DNA of 64,000 nt, from the NCBI GenBank assembly GCA_051530055.1, contig CM121341.1, forward strand, positions 14,610,784-14,674,783. Reading direction: 5' to 3'. Shown here in pieces: positions 12,721-26,829 of the stretch (the first letter of the stretch is position 1; the number at the start of each line of letters is the position of its first letter). Made by a program: the position numbers and the translations under genes. A model generated the notes under the pieces. The model ran no database searches and was not told where the DNA came from. It saw nothing but the letters and a program-made list of their open reading frames with translations. The DNA comes from Neoechinorhynchus agilis (Eukaryota; Animalia; Acanthocephala).

Positions 12721-13370
12721 AAAATAAATAGCCACGTTCATTTTAACTATCATATGACTTGAATGTTCACTAGAACACAAAAATACATGGTTCATCTACT
12801 TTGAACAATGAAACGTGTAATTATAAAAACGAACAGCTGATCTCGGACATCGAGAAGGTCTAAAAGATTTTAATGACAGCTGAAATCACGAAAACGATTT
12901 AGAATTGTTGCAGTTTTAGATTGAGCGGAATAATTATCCTATGGGAATTTTTATCGGCATACCGAGCTCGCAAGTAAAATTCAACGAAAAATTGATTACA
13001 GCATCCGCAAAGCGACTATTACAAAAACCGGAGAATTTCTCGTTTACTCAGGCCCTTGAGATTCACATATTGTTCTTATCCGTGTAGTGAATGCGAACTA
13101 CTTAGATTTAGTTAGGTCTCTAGTCTCCATGGCATTTCTAGCCTTATTTGTATACCGTGATTGAGGTCGCCAAAATCCATGTTTCCATTTCCTTTCCCAC
13201 ACAACATTTCCTGCTCATATTTAACGCTTCAATTCACTCACGTCAAACCATCTTGACTCATAATCGATCCATTTCATACAATGATGGTGCAAAGGTGCTA
13301 GACTAAATATATCAACTCTAATGGATTCTCTTATATAGTGTTTCCTTTCACATTGAATTCAGTATTAACC

Positions 13371-14854
13371 ATGACCGCCGGAAAAGTGCTTGCTATGGTA
13401 GGATTGACTGGAGTGCCGTTTGGAATCGCTCTTCACCTAATGTCCGTCTATTTCTTTATCGCTAAAAAGAAGGAGGTTGTGTTTTTTCTGAAAATATGGC
13501 TTGGAATGGTATTGAGCACCGCTCTATTTGGCACCCCTACTCTCACCTGCATTGGATGTCTTACAGGATTCGAAATCAAGGATGCTGCAATCTGCAAAAC
13601 CATTCAGGTTCTCGAGTATTCACTTATTGATTATTTATGCGCCCTCAGTATATTGATCACCATAAGGAGAACTATGGCAGTAATGTAGACGCCTCTGAGG
13701 CTGGTTCAGTGAGTAGATATATCCGAATTTAGAGTTAATTACCATGTTTGTTTGCTTAATTCCGTGCTTTTCCGGGATTTCGCTCTCTCAGAAGTCTTCT
13801 ATAATTTTCGATTCCGGGGCAAATGAACGTTGATGAGAACAACGTAAAGCTTTGGATTGAAGTCAATTTTCATATTTTAAATATTGAGTATAATGCTTAA
13901 CAACAATTTAAGTTTTTGCATATACTTAATCAATAAGCTCAACAGATTCTTAGAAAAATTTTGAAATCTTAATAAATGGCACAATATTATCGATGGCGTT
14001 GCATAATGTTGTTAAGTTTAATTTCTACTCGCTTCATCAGGAGGTCATTGGATGAGAAGCGAGAATTCGACTAAGCCATTAGGGTATCTAAAAAGTTTAA
14101 ATGATCCAGATATTATTAAATTTATGCGCCACAAGAAGTGTCTGCTCTAAAATATCCAAACTTAGCTTCTGATCGAAGATTAGATTTTGCGCTCATGATT
14201 ATTCTCATCGCTTTATGCATGCTCGTAGTGTATGTGGAACGCCAAGAATTAAGGACGTATAGAGCAACTCCGTTTCTTTGTGAATATACCCTGCCCTCGA
14301 GACCATTTACGTTAAATGAATTCATTGGCCGTTACTGCTCAATCACGATATTTCCTTTATTTTGCTATTCATCAAGTCTCGGATGCTATATAATCTCCAT
14401 GACACAAGCGTTATTAAACAAACAAGTCAATATATCAGATAGACGAATCCATACGACTATATTCCATCGAGTGCTTTTGATGATATTGCACATCTCACTA
14501 AACAACTGTTTCTTCCTTTTTAAAGTCTTTGAAAATAGTCTTCTTCTCTTTAAGCAGGAATATCAGTCCACACTGAAAAACACAAATATTTCTACTTTGA
14601 CCATACCAAATAGTCTTGCGTATTGCGGAGTTCCAAACGTCCTTTTGGCAGCATGCTGCAATATACATTATGCAATTCCAACAATATTCTTTGTCCTCGC
14701 TTCGTCTTCATTAAGACGAAACTGGATGAATACGTTGAAAGACAAAATCTCAGTCACCTCCAATTCAATTGCATACACCGTTATGCTTAAACACTGCAGG
14801 TGTGTTCGAGGTAATGAGAGCATTTTGAAAATCAAGAACAAGTTGTCAAGTTGA
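13371..14854 (+). CDS. Rhodopsin-class 7TM receptor (GPCR/chemoreceptor-like), two exons; possibly a pseudogene
   Basis: Exon 1 has three hydrophobic segments with CK...LITIRRTMAV (TM3-like); exon 2 (14138/9-14854) has four more, ending NIHYAIPTIFFVLASSSLRR (TM7-like). Junction needs one extra base. Confidence 0.6.
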
Positions 14855-15039
14855 GGGGATGGGCTCACGTCAAAGAATGTTGGTACAAGTATTAAGATAA
14901 ATTAAATAGATTGCAAGCGCATTCTGTGACCATGGGATAAACTCGTTCAAAATTAAATCTACAGGAGGAAAATGTGCAGACGTTTCTAAGCATGGCATTT
15001 TGTATGAGACAAAGTATCCATCTTAATGTTCGATGTTGA

Positions 15040-15790
15040 GTGGATTGGAATTTAAGCGGATTTGCAGGACAAATTCTCCTGCCCTTGGATCGTCAGTGAT
15101 TCGTCTCAGCCTTTTCGACAATTGATTAATCAGTTCCTAAGCCGCGGTGCCAAACAACCCGAGTGTTTCGACGCCAAAGGGAACGAAATAATTATGTCGG
15201 CCCAGGTCCCTGTATTTGGTCTTTTTGTGGTGCTCAGTAGCTCTTGCTGCTTCCCTAGTTAAACAGTGGCGAATTTTATGTTGATGGTCGTGCACGGCCA
15301 TCGAGTCGGTTAAAGATTGCTCGGCTCAAGGATATTGGGCAAATTCACAGTATTTAGGCATCCGAGTCGATATCATTATTTTGTTCCATTTGGCGTCGAG
15401 ACGCTCGGGTCGTTTGGTACCGCGGGCGCAGGACCTGGTCAAGCAATTGTTTAAGAGATTGAGACGAATCACTGGCGAGACGAATCACCTGCGATCAGAG
15501 GGCAATAATCCAGAGCGGTGGTGTGAATGATCTTATGGCTTAAAATTGACTAAGAATTTCGTTCACTTCGGCATATCGTGGGTACCTCCCGCCTGATTGC
15601 CGACAGACGAGACCATGGCGTCCCGATGGTTTTACGTTCGCTCCGAAACGTCAAAGATGGGATGTGCGCATCGGCACCCTAAGTCTCAGGGACACTGCAA
15701 TCCTTACTGTCTCGTCGGAAAAAGTGTAGCAAAGCACATGATTTTGTCAATCGAGTTCGGTTCACCAGGTCACGAGAATCTGAAATCAAA
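15040..15790. mobile_element. Rearranged CRE-like RLE fragments in both orientations
   Basis: Minus 15050-15260 encodes YFVPFGVETLGLFG...NQLSKRLRRITDDPRA; plus 15374-15500 encodes HYFVPFGVETLGSFG; minus 15540-15790 resembles 9396-9650. Confidence 0.7.
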
Positions 15791-16901
15791 GAGTCCTGAA
15801 TTCTCGCTACCAGGAGTGAGTCCCAAAATGATAGTTTTCAACCATTGGCGGGTACTTGCTTGCTACCAGAATCTTCACTCCAAAGATTAACAACTTCCAC
15901 GAAATCTTCATCCAACCTGTAATTCTCGCCACAAAACATTGAACTATTTTGCGGGATGACATAATGTATTATAGACATGTTTCAGTACTGGCCCCTGGAC
16001 ACCAGTCACACAATAACGGTTTAGCCGCGACATTGCAACAGCCGCAAGTTTTTCCTTCTGGGACGATAAATTATATCGAACTTCAATGGAGCAAGATCCA
16101 GTCTCAATCTTATTTATTTGTCATCTTTATCGGGCTTAAATTTGTTCATTGGTATATGAACGAAACACTCTTTTGATCCGTGATGATCGCGAATTGTCGG
16201 CCAATAAGGAAATGTCGCCAATATTTTATCGCCTCCACAATTGATAGTGCATCTTTTTCAACTGACGAGAAATGCCTAGCTCACTATTCAAGGTTTTCGA
16301 AAAAATCCGACGTGTAGACCATTTTGAGTCAAAACCGCAGCTATGCAATAGTTTGAGGCGCCCATTTCTACCGTTATCGGTGATTTTTCATACATTGTCG
16401 TTATAATGATCACCACAATTCCATTTCTTTTTGATCATAAACATTTCATAACTGGCAAATATAAGCAAAGTTCTTCATTTCAAAAGCTCACTGAGAATAT
16501 ATTCGCCAATGCGCTAAAACAGCATCGAATTCTTGAGCATTTGGACTAGAACGCTGATAACGCATGAGCCAATTCGCGTTTCGCCAAAATTAAGCAAAAC
16601 CGATCGCTTCGATTTTGTGTAGTCGAAGAAGGTGGTACTTAGTATTGTATTCTTTAGCCCCGAAGACGCGTGTCGATTTCCAACTTCCAAGAATATTTCT
16701 TATACAAGAAAAACGAATGACAAAATCCATGAGTTTCTCATTTAGCGTCGCTCCCACAGACACGCGCAACGGAACCGATGTTTTTCTTAAAGTCACGCGT
16801 TTATACAAGAAGACGTGAGTAACTCAACGACGACTCGCTTTTCTCTTCATAAAACGAAATTTTCAATCCAAACCACTCACCTTCTTCAGATTTTCCTTTG
16901 A

Positions 16902-17876
<975 letters not shown>

Positions 17877-18029
17877 CAGTTAATCTGGAGTTAATATTTA
17901 TGCATTATAAGCAAGTTCATAATTAGTAACGCATATTCGTGGTGAATTCTGTTTGCTTTCTAACTGAGAATGAGGGTCGTTTGCGCGCATATTGAAGGCA
18001 GCAACTTATTTTTGGCCAATAGCGTGAGA

Positions 18030-19200
18030 GCTCATGTTCCGATTTGGCGGGTTTTCTTCCTTAGATAAAGTTATTCCTTTTCTCTGTCCAAACAAATATG
18101 GACAAAAAGAGTTTATAAAGTTTCGCGCATCCGTTCGTGATCACCCATGGTCGAAAGGACGGATGCAGCGTCCCTCCCATGTTGCACAGCCAGGCTTACG
18201 TTTTGCAGGAGGAATCTCACGCGGATTAATCGTCAGTGAAGCAGAAAATATTTTCCTGCCAGCTCCGGCATGAACCAAGAAAGCTGTCATATAACATAGA
18301 TGACATACGTAAAGTTGTTGAAGGCTGTCGAATCTGCGTTGAGGTAAACCAAAGTTTTTGAAGACACCCCAAGGAAAACTAAAGCTATGCAGCCATTCGA
18401 AAGGCTCGTAATTGATTTCAAGGGACCTGTCACAAGTAGATTAGTTTTTAAGATTTCCATTTTGTTTTCCCGGCAAAGACACGTCTACTAATACCGTGAT
18501 TAGATGCCTTGAAAATGTTTTCAGGCTTGTTGGACCGCCGATATACATTCTGACCTCGGTTCATCGTTTATGTCAAAGCAGTTTTCGGACTATCTGGCTG
18601 AGAGCGGCGTGGCAACAAGCCATACAATGCCATATAATCCCCGAGGTAAAGGACAGGTTGAACGATTTATGAAAAATTATATGAACAAGTATATCGTTGG
18701 GTTTGAAAAACAAGCGACTACCAGTGGAGCACTGCCGAATGCATTGCACTCAATACAATCGTTGTTATGCTCCTCAACTCGGTAGACTCCACATGAAGGG
18801 TTTTTCGGATTCGAACGACGATTTACTACTGGTCCGAGTATTCCATCATGGTTATTATCTTCCGAACACGTTCTTCTTCGAAAACAAAATAGCGCAGACA
18901 AGTATGGACCAGGGCCAAACTTACTCAGGTTATTGAGTGCTCGACTACTATATTATGCATTACTGAGGTTCCAGGATAACGCGAAAGCAAGGTTTGAGAC
19001 GAAATCTAGCTCCTTACCTCAGGTAAGCAGTGGAAATGAACCATCTGGTCTCAATATTACGAGTACAGACGAAGTGATTTGGAAGAGCCGAACCAATTGA
19101 AGAAGATGTGGAAGAGGTACAATTTAGAAGAGTCGAACCGATGGAAGGAGATGAGGTGGAGGTACAATTTAGAAGAAGCTCACGTCAACGACGTGTCCTC
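18030..19200 (+). mobile_element. Ty3/gypsy-type LTR retrotransposon integrase remnant
   Basis: PFERLVIDFKGP, GVATSHTMPYNPRGKGQVERF and ALPNALHSIQSLLCSST in broken frames. Confidence 0.8.
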
Positions 19201-21556
19201 CATATCTGGAAGATTAGTTCAGAAGAGGACAAATTTGGGAAGGGATCAAGTTTGTGTAGACCAAGAGAGTCATTGGCGGCCCGCAACCAGGATGAATTGC
19301 ATCCTGAACGACTTTTGGAGGAAAGGTAGTTTTTGCGGGCAACAAGTATTTTGTTAGCTAAGGCTTTTTGTAAACCGGATATGTGTGGAGATTTATCTCG
19401 ATGGGCCTTAGATGCTTGATTTTGAACGAGTTTCAAGGTGGGGGGTTTGAATAAAGCGTCTACATCAGCTCACCATATCATCCGAATGATTTTCTCTCGA
19501 TGATTACTAGGGAACGTTCTCACGAGAGCCTATTAAGCCGCGATTGACAAATCCCAACTTTGCTAATTTCCATCGGCCATCTACACAAATGTACAAATAT
19601 GAACTCAATGCGAATAAATACGTCTGTAAAAATTCGCGCAAGCACCGGTGGTTTTTTGGACATTTTGAAAAATCATCGATAGAAAATCGTTCGGGATAAT
19701 CAAAATCAGAATTGTGGTGAGCATTATACCGGGCGTGATAAATTTCAAATAAATAAAATATGTAATGCTCAAGGGATTACTCACTACAATTCTAATTTTT
19801 CGTAGAGAATTTGTTCATATATACACGTATTTTTTATGTGATAAGAAAAATAGATATTGATTTATTATTCTCAATATTTCGTCGGAATTCTTCGGGTTGC
19901 TTGTAAGTCTTTAGAACACCCTTAAAATTTGTTGACGTCAAAAACACAGTTTCGATTTCTTCCGTATTTTTAACTCAGTTGCATCAACTGTGTCTTTGTA
20001 GATGACAATAACAATTTCCGAGTTACGCGGGAATGGAAAGCAAAAGTTTAGAGCGTCGATGTCCTCGAAATGGAAACATTTTTAAGTTGACTTGGTTATT
20101 GTAAGTTTGATTCCTTTTAAAATTTTCTGCATCGTTTACACTCTTAGTCATCTCCTTGAAGTATTTACACGCAACTAAAAGTTGATCATTATCTCGAAAA
20201 TTTCTCCTTAAAAGTCTAAATTTCTATCGATCCGTTCCTGGGTTTTTAAGGCATTGTAAAATCGGGAACGGTAAATTGAAAATGTCGAATTTCCACTGTT
20301 TTTTATAAAAAACAAAGTCTTCCCTTCGACTTACATTTTTCTTTTATATTTTCAATAATTTTTGAAAATTCGCAAATCAAATTTTTATACGTAGAAATGA
20401 ACTATAAATATTAGATGATAAATTAGCTTTTTCACATCGGTTTTAAATATCAATAATTGGGTATTTTAAAAAATTATAAATTTCTGCAAGAGTTAAAATT
20501 AAAATTCTTTGAGCGATATCACTTTTACAGCACTCGAATAGTCTTCAGATCAGTAAAAATCTAAAAGTGAGTCTTTTGCATCATTTGAATATTTCAATTA
20601 AAATTGATTGGCGGTTACATAGAAATAACTCATGCCTAATTTTAGTACAGTTCAAGTTTAAAATTTTAGAAGTTCTTTTATGCCTAATACACAATTCCAG
20701 ACCGAACTATCATAATAGTTTCACTTTCATTAATGAATTGTAACTTTTTAAATGAATTACTCAAATTGGAAGCCTTTATTGGTCTACTGGGTATAAATAG
20801 CTTACAATACTTTTATGAATCACGGTCAGCGAATAGAATGGAAGTCTAAGTTCATATTTGAGTTTAAAATTACAAATGAGTGGTTAATTAGTTTTAAGAA
20901 ACATAGATTGTAATCTTGAATTCAATACGATTTTGTTGTCCGCTCCTTTTATTGGATTGCTTTGCACCTTTGGATGACCGATTGTCCGCATTTTAGACAA
21001 ATTATTTTGCACATCCCTCCTTATCCTCAGGTATCTCCCGAGGTGGCTGGACTCCTCAGTGAGTTTCATCCTCCCTTTCGACGGTTCGGCGTTTGTGAAT
21101 TTTGAACCCTATTGACCCATAAACAGGAATTCGGGACACAAGTCAACTAGACCACCTTGAAACAATTCCGCAATGTATATACTCTTCCAGTTTGTTCTTG
21201 GGGCAAGTATTGAATTATTTTATATTATGTCTTTAACGATCCAAATCTACAATTTTCAATTCCTTCCATCACAACGTTAGTAATTTATTGAAAAATGGAA
21301 CTGCTCATGATTGTTGTGTAGTGGCGACAAAAATTATGTAAATTCATTGAATCGATATTTCGGCTCAATCCAGAGCCTTTATCAAGATTGCTTGTAAGTT
21401 TTAAATATGTGAGCTCGTGCCAATAACGGCAATCTCGATAAAGGCTCTTGGTTGAGCTGAAATATCGATTCAATAAATTTACATAATTTTTGTCGCCACT
21501 ACACAACAACTTTAGTGATTATAACTTTTAAACAAAAAGGATTTATTACGCCCGGC

Positions 21557-21826
21557 TTAATGACTTTGCATGCGTTGTAGCATGCCTACCAGAGCATTAA
21601 ATTCATTAAAATCTATAACGTTGTTGTGATTTCTATCAACCATTTTGAACACTGGATAAACCATGTTTCTACCGATAAAGCCAAGTCCAATTTGTTGAAG
21701 CGCCATCATAACTTCTTCGAAATCGAGGTATCCATCCCCATTTCTATCGAGATAGGAAAAGACACTCTGCATCATCATCACACTTTGCATTCCACTCTGA
21801 GAAAACATATTGAGAAATTGAGACAT
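21557..21826 (-). CDS. Small two-EF-hand calcium-binding protein B (copy 1)
   Basis: EF loops DRNGDGYLDFEE and DRNHNNVIDFNE; intronless 89 aa. Confidence 0.85.
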   Translation of the reverse strand: MSQFLNMFSQSGMQSVMMMQSVFSYLDRNGDGYLDFEEVMMALQQIGLGFIGRNMVYPVFKMVDRNHNNVIDFNEFNALVGMLQRMQSH

Positions 21827-21950
21827 CTAAAAGTCCGTGAGTTGGGAAAGAATAAAAATAAATAAAACTTGGATTTGCACAACAAAATCGTATTTTGCTA
21901 TGATTTCGACGATCGGTATTCCAGGCTCTCAGTTTTATTAAAACCTGAAC

Positions 21951-22292
21951 TCATTTGCAACCTCCTTGACGTTCACACTCTTTAATCTTTTCGGGACTTA
22001 GTTTCTCGTGTAACATCTCGCTTGCACGATGAACTATTTTGCTGAACTCGTCTTTACTAATTCGGTCATCTTGATTTGTATCCATTTTTGAAAATAACTC
22101 CTTGGCTGCTTTTTCGCCTAAAGCACCTAACTGAAGTCTTGCCAATCCGTCTTGCATTTCTGGGAAATCTATCGATCCATTACCGTCTTTATCGAGCTGC
22201 TTAAAAATCGTATCAATAACCATGCCACTTTCTGAAGGATTGAGTCCTGCAGCCTTAGCCGCTTTTAATCCAAGGTTGACAATTTTTTCCAT
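21951..22292 (-). CDS. Small two-EF-hand calcium-binding protein A (copy 1)
   Basis: EF loops DKDGNGSIDFPE and DTNQDDRISKDE; intronless 113 aa; upstream TATA-like element. Confidence 0.88.
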   Translation of the reverse strand: MEKIVNLGLKAAKAAGLNPSESGMVIDTIFKQLDKDGNGSIDFPEMQDGLARLQLGALGEKAAKELFSKMDTNQDDRISKDEFSKIVHRASEMLHEKLSPEKIKECERQGGCK

Positions 22293-22687
22293 TTTCGTTT
22301 GTGCTTGTTCGTTGGAAACGAGATGAGCTGGATTGGAGTTTCGAAGCCTTTTATACCAAAATTGAAGATCTCGAAAACAAATGCTATTTTTCTTGAAAAA
22401 ACTCAGTCTTATTGTATAAACGTAGCGTATTTTTTTGTTTACAAGCTAATTTTTAAGAGTTCTTAAATGTCACGTCTAAATTTTTTGCAAGCGAAACTTT
22501 TTGTATTATGTTGCTAGAGCCAACTCGTCATTAATTATTTATATTAAATCCTACTTAATGGCGATGTTTTAACTTATTTTTTTTATTTACGATCTCTTTT
22601 TTGCGATGATGTAAAATGCCAACAAAAATACTTTCCAGGACAAAAACTTTCAAAGTGTATTCTCCAGATTTTGTATCGTTCTGAGCA

Positions 22688-24410
22688 TAATGAAGGCGAA
22701 GATGTTCATCTTTAGTGCCTGACATTTTATGAACCTACAATTGAATTCGCAATGTGAAATTATGAAAAAAATGAACATGTCTTCGCGCGATTTGTTTAAA
22801 ACTTTTTACCTTCATTTAATTTCGGTTTGGTCGTAATGAAGGCGATGATTTTCATCTTTCGGGTCTGACCATTGATGAATCCATAAAATTAACTGAGCCT
22901 TTTATAAATTAAAAATCTCATAACAAAAATGTCTGCTCACGGCTGGTTTAAGAAACTTTCTACCATTAGAGAGTTTCTTTGTGAGCGTAATGAAGGCGAA
23001 GATGTTCATCTTTCGTGCGTTACCTTTTATGAGCAAAAAATTCATTAAGCGATTTGAAATTATGAAAAAACTAACATGTCTTCGCGCGAGTTTTTTAAAA
23101 ACTTTTTACCTTCAGTTAATTTCGGTTTGGTCGTAATCAAGGCGATGATGTTCATCTTTCGGGTCTGACCATTGATGAGCTAAAAATTCATTAAGCGATT
23201 TGAAATTATGAAAAAATGAACATGTCTTCGCGCGAGTTGTTTAAAAACTTTTTACCTTCATTTAATTTCGGTTTGATCGTAATGAAGGCGATGATGTTCA
23301 TCTTTCGGGTCTGACCATTGATGAACCCATAAAATTAACTGAGCCTTTTATAAATTAAAAATCTCATAACAAAAATGTCTGCTCACGGCTGGTCCAAGAA
23401 ACTTTCTACCATTAGAGAGTTTCTTTGTGAGCGTAATGAAGGCGAAGATGTTCATCTTTCGCGCGTGACCTTTTATGAGCAAAAAATTCATTAAGCGATT
23501 TGAAATTATGAAAAAATGAACATGTCTTCGCGCGAGTTGTTTAAAAACTTTTTACCTTCATTTAATTTCGGTTTGATCGTAGTGAAGGCGATGATTTTCA
23601 TCTTTCGGGTCTGACCATTGATGAACCCATAAAATTGACTGAGCCTTTTATAAATTAAAAATCTCATATCAAAATGTCTGCTCGCGGCTGGTCCAAGAAA
23701 CTTTCTACCATTAGAGAGTTTCTTTGTGAGCGTAATGAAGGCGAAGATGTTCACCTTTCGTGCGTGACCATTGATGAGCTAAAAATTCATTAAGCGATTT
23801 GAAATTATGAAAAAACTAACATGTCTTCGCGCGAGTTGTTTAAAAACTTTTTACCTTCAGTTAATTTCGGTTTGATCGTAATGAAGGCGATGATGTTCAT
23901 CTTTCGGGTCTGACCATTGATGAATCCATAAAATTAACTGAGCCTTTTATAAATTAAAAATCTCATAACAAAAATGTCTGCTCGCGGAAGGTTTAAGAAA
24001 CTTTCTACCATTAGAGAGTTTCTTTGTGAGCGTAATGAAGGCGAAGATGTTCATCTTTCGCGCGTGACCTTTTATGAGCAAAAAATTCATTAAGCGATTT
24101 GAAATTATGAAAAAAATGAACATGTCTTCGCGCGATTTGTTTAAAAACTTTTTACCTTCAGTTAATTTCGGTTTGATCGTAATGAAGGCGATGATTTTCA
24201 TCTTTCGGGTCTGACCATTGATGAACCCATAAAATTGACTGAGCCTTTTATAAATTAAAAATCTCATAACAAAAATGTCTGCTCGCGGAAGGTTTAAGAA
24301 ACTTTCTACCATTAGAGAGTTTCTTTGTGAGCGTAATGAAGGCGAAGATGTTCACCTTTCGTGTCTGACCTTTTGTGAACTAAAAATCTACTAAGCGATT
24401 TGAAATAGCG
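22688..24410. repeat. Satellite array of related ~146 bp (A) and ~154 bp (B) monomers forming a 300 bp dimer
   Basis: Head motif taatgaaggcga recurs at 22688, 22834, 22988, 23134, 23280, 23434, 23580, 23733, 23879, 24033, 24180, 24334. Confidence 0.92.
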
Positions 24411-24599
24411 CTTATTGAGATTCGACACTCATTGATGCTGAGGTTTCTATTAAATTCATTGTTTTTAGGGGTTCGTTAGTAAAATAGTTATTACATTATT
24501 GATGTAGAATTTCGCGACGAGGGTGATCGGAACCCACAGAGAACGATTATCAAAAATTTTAAAAATCAATTCATGGTAAACCAAAGCAGATATCAGCGA

Positions 24600-25450
24600 G
24601 GAGAAGAGTGAACAGATAAACAAGAAAGGCGGAGAGACGTTCTTAGCATTCTGGCAATTGGACGCAGAGAAAGAGGAGTAAGTGGATTATTATCTGCAGT
24701 TGGAACAGTATGGAGAGGAAGAGGGTTTGTTTGATCTCGTGGCTTCGTCAACAAACGTTCAAACCGCTGAGAAAAGTGTTTACCGTTGAAGCATTGGAAG
24801 ACGCGTCTTACATGGATTTGACGAAAAATACGCGAAGTAACAGCGCGTTATAAGTTTGGAAAAACGCTAATGAAAGAAAATCAACGTATGCGTGATGGTT
24901 TACGAAATTAAGAGGAGCGGGTGAACGGTGCAAATTTTTGAAGAAGTTAGAAGGGCAGTTTTACAGATTGAGGAGCTAACTTTAAGAGGTCCGAGTTCCC
25001 TGCGCTCAGAATATCGAAAGTGAAGTCCATACACTTCAAACATAAAGAGTGCTCAAGATGTTGATTGAAACATGACGAAATCGAATACCGGGCCAGAAGT
25101 AGCGGATGTTATAAATGCGGAAAGATAGGATACTTTGCTCGGAAATGCACATTGGTTCCAAAGGTAAATAATATCGAGGACGCGAACAGTAAACACGAGG
25201 GAGAGGATCGATTTCACGTTGATTTGCTAGTAATGGTGGGAAAACGCTAACGGTTCAAAGAGGCAAAAGTTTCAAAGGGAATTCTAAGAACCAAGATAAC
25301 GTTTTACAGAAATTAACTAGTGAAACTTCCACGAATAGGAATGCGATTTTGGTACATGCCAGCAGTATGCCAAACTCAAACGAAGATTCGTTGGAAACGA
25401 TTGGTGTTCAAAAGATTGCGAATATTTCGACGATTACTAGGGACATTCTA
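24600..25450 (+). mobile_element. Decayed LTR-retrotransposon gag-like region
   Basis: Degenerate zinc knuckle CYKCGKIGYFARKC at ~25105-25150; otherwise broken frames. Confidence 0.45.
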
Positions 25451-25639
25451 AAATTGCTGTGGAGGAGTATGATATTGTAACTGGGATAGAAGGTAACGAT
25501 AGGAAAAGCGAAAGCGATCCAGCTGGAAGTAACTATCAAGAAAGCTACGGTCGAACAAAAGGTCTAAGAAGGGCAAAAGAAGGAACAAATAAGCATAAGG
25601 ATATAAGGTTGACACCAACACCATCAAAATCAATCAACC

Positions 25640-26725
25640 GTCCTATTCATTTCTGTAATGATACGCGTTCTACAGCCTGCTCATCACCCCTCGTTGCTTT
25701 AAATTCGCCCTACCTCTCTCAAAAATCCCCACCTTCTTCCAAACTTTTCCCAACTCCCAAAACTCCTCACCTAACTCTCTCAAAACTGCCCACCAAACTC
25801 TCTTAGAACTCCCCATCTTCTTTGTCAGACCATTGCACATTAATTCCCTCTCCATCCGTTCTTCCTCAATGTGTACGGTCGTCTCCCCTTGCAGTCAAGT
25901 TTAAGAGCGATCAACACATTTTCGCATTTACACAATTTAGTCTCGCGTAATCGCTCTTCACACAGAAAATCTATTTTTCACCGGAACCTCTCGGAAGCTA
26001 TGCTTTCTCAAACTAATATACTCTCATTGACGTTTCGAACCTCGTCGGGTTCATAATCAGTTCTAAAATACAAGTGGATTTGTAATTATTTCGCACGTTC
26101 TTAAACGCCTCCGATTCCTTGGATTATCATCAAAAGAAATTAGTTCTTAAACGCCTTCGATTCCTTAGGATGTCATCCAAAAACCTTAAGTACTTTTATA
26201 TGTCCGTAATTCTACCATCGCTCACCTGAGCATATGCAACCTTCTGCAATTTTTCTTCCAATCTATTCAAAAAAATTCATACTTTTAACAAGAGGTGCGC
26301 TCTAATCTGCTCCTCCGAACTCGTGCTTTTCTTTCGGCTTAATTTCCGCTGCACATTTCTTCTTTTACTCAAAACTGCAACACTCGTTGCCCCAACATTT
26401 TCCATTTTCAGTTCCTCGCATAAATCTCTACCTCCGCTCTCTCTTAACTACTGCTTAATCCTCTAAATGCGATTTTATTCGTAGGAAACAACGGAAAACA
26501 ACAACGACAAATTAGCCGACTAAAATCAAATAAGCCAGAACCAACTTACAGACCAAAAACAATTTTACCAACCATAGTGAACTTGCCGTAGAAAAAATTC
26601 TTAAAATCTGCACGAATCTTAAAGAATTACCGAAATCAACCTCTTGCAAATACGAGTATTCACGAGGACCCCTCCAGCGAATTCGAGGGTTCACGAGGAC
26701 CCAAAGATACATGGGTCCTTTTTTT
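25640..26725 (+). mobile_element. L2/CR1-like RT C-terminus and 3' end remnant
   Basis: Similar to 34580-35165; ends in hairpin ggaccca-aagataca-tgggtcc plus T-run. Confidence 0.55.
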
Positions 26726-26829
26726 TGATTAATTAGCAAAAAAAATTACCACCGTCAGCAAAATTGGAGCTTCTCTCCTTCCTCGGCTTAGCTAGTTCAC
26801 GGTTAACGCTCTTTCTCCCAAATCAAGTA

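Noticed and set aside
16590-16818. Short ORFs upstream of p62, duplicated with it
   Set aside because: No ATG start and no recognisable homology; probably promoter or non-coding sequence.
19500-19620. LSSYLYICVDGRWKLAKLGF on the minus strand, pseudokinase-like
   Set aside because: Too short and no other kinase subdomains found in frame.
23506-24312. ORFs on the minus strand of the satellite (repeat-protein hypothesis; dimer is 300 = 3n)
   Set aside because: The consensus 146 and 154 bp monomers break the frame; ORFs persist only across units with indels.
22688-24410. CRISPR-like array
   Set aside because: Inter-repeat sequences are repeated rather than unique; eukaryotic context, no cas genes.
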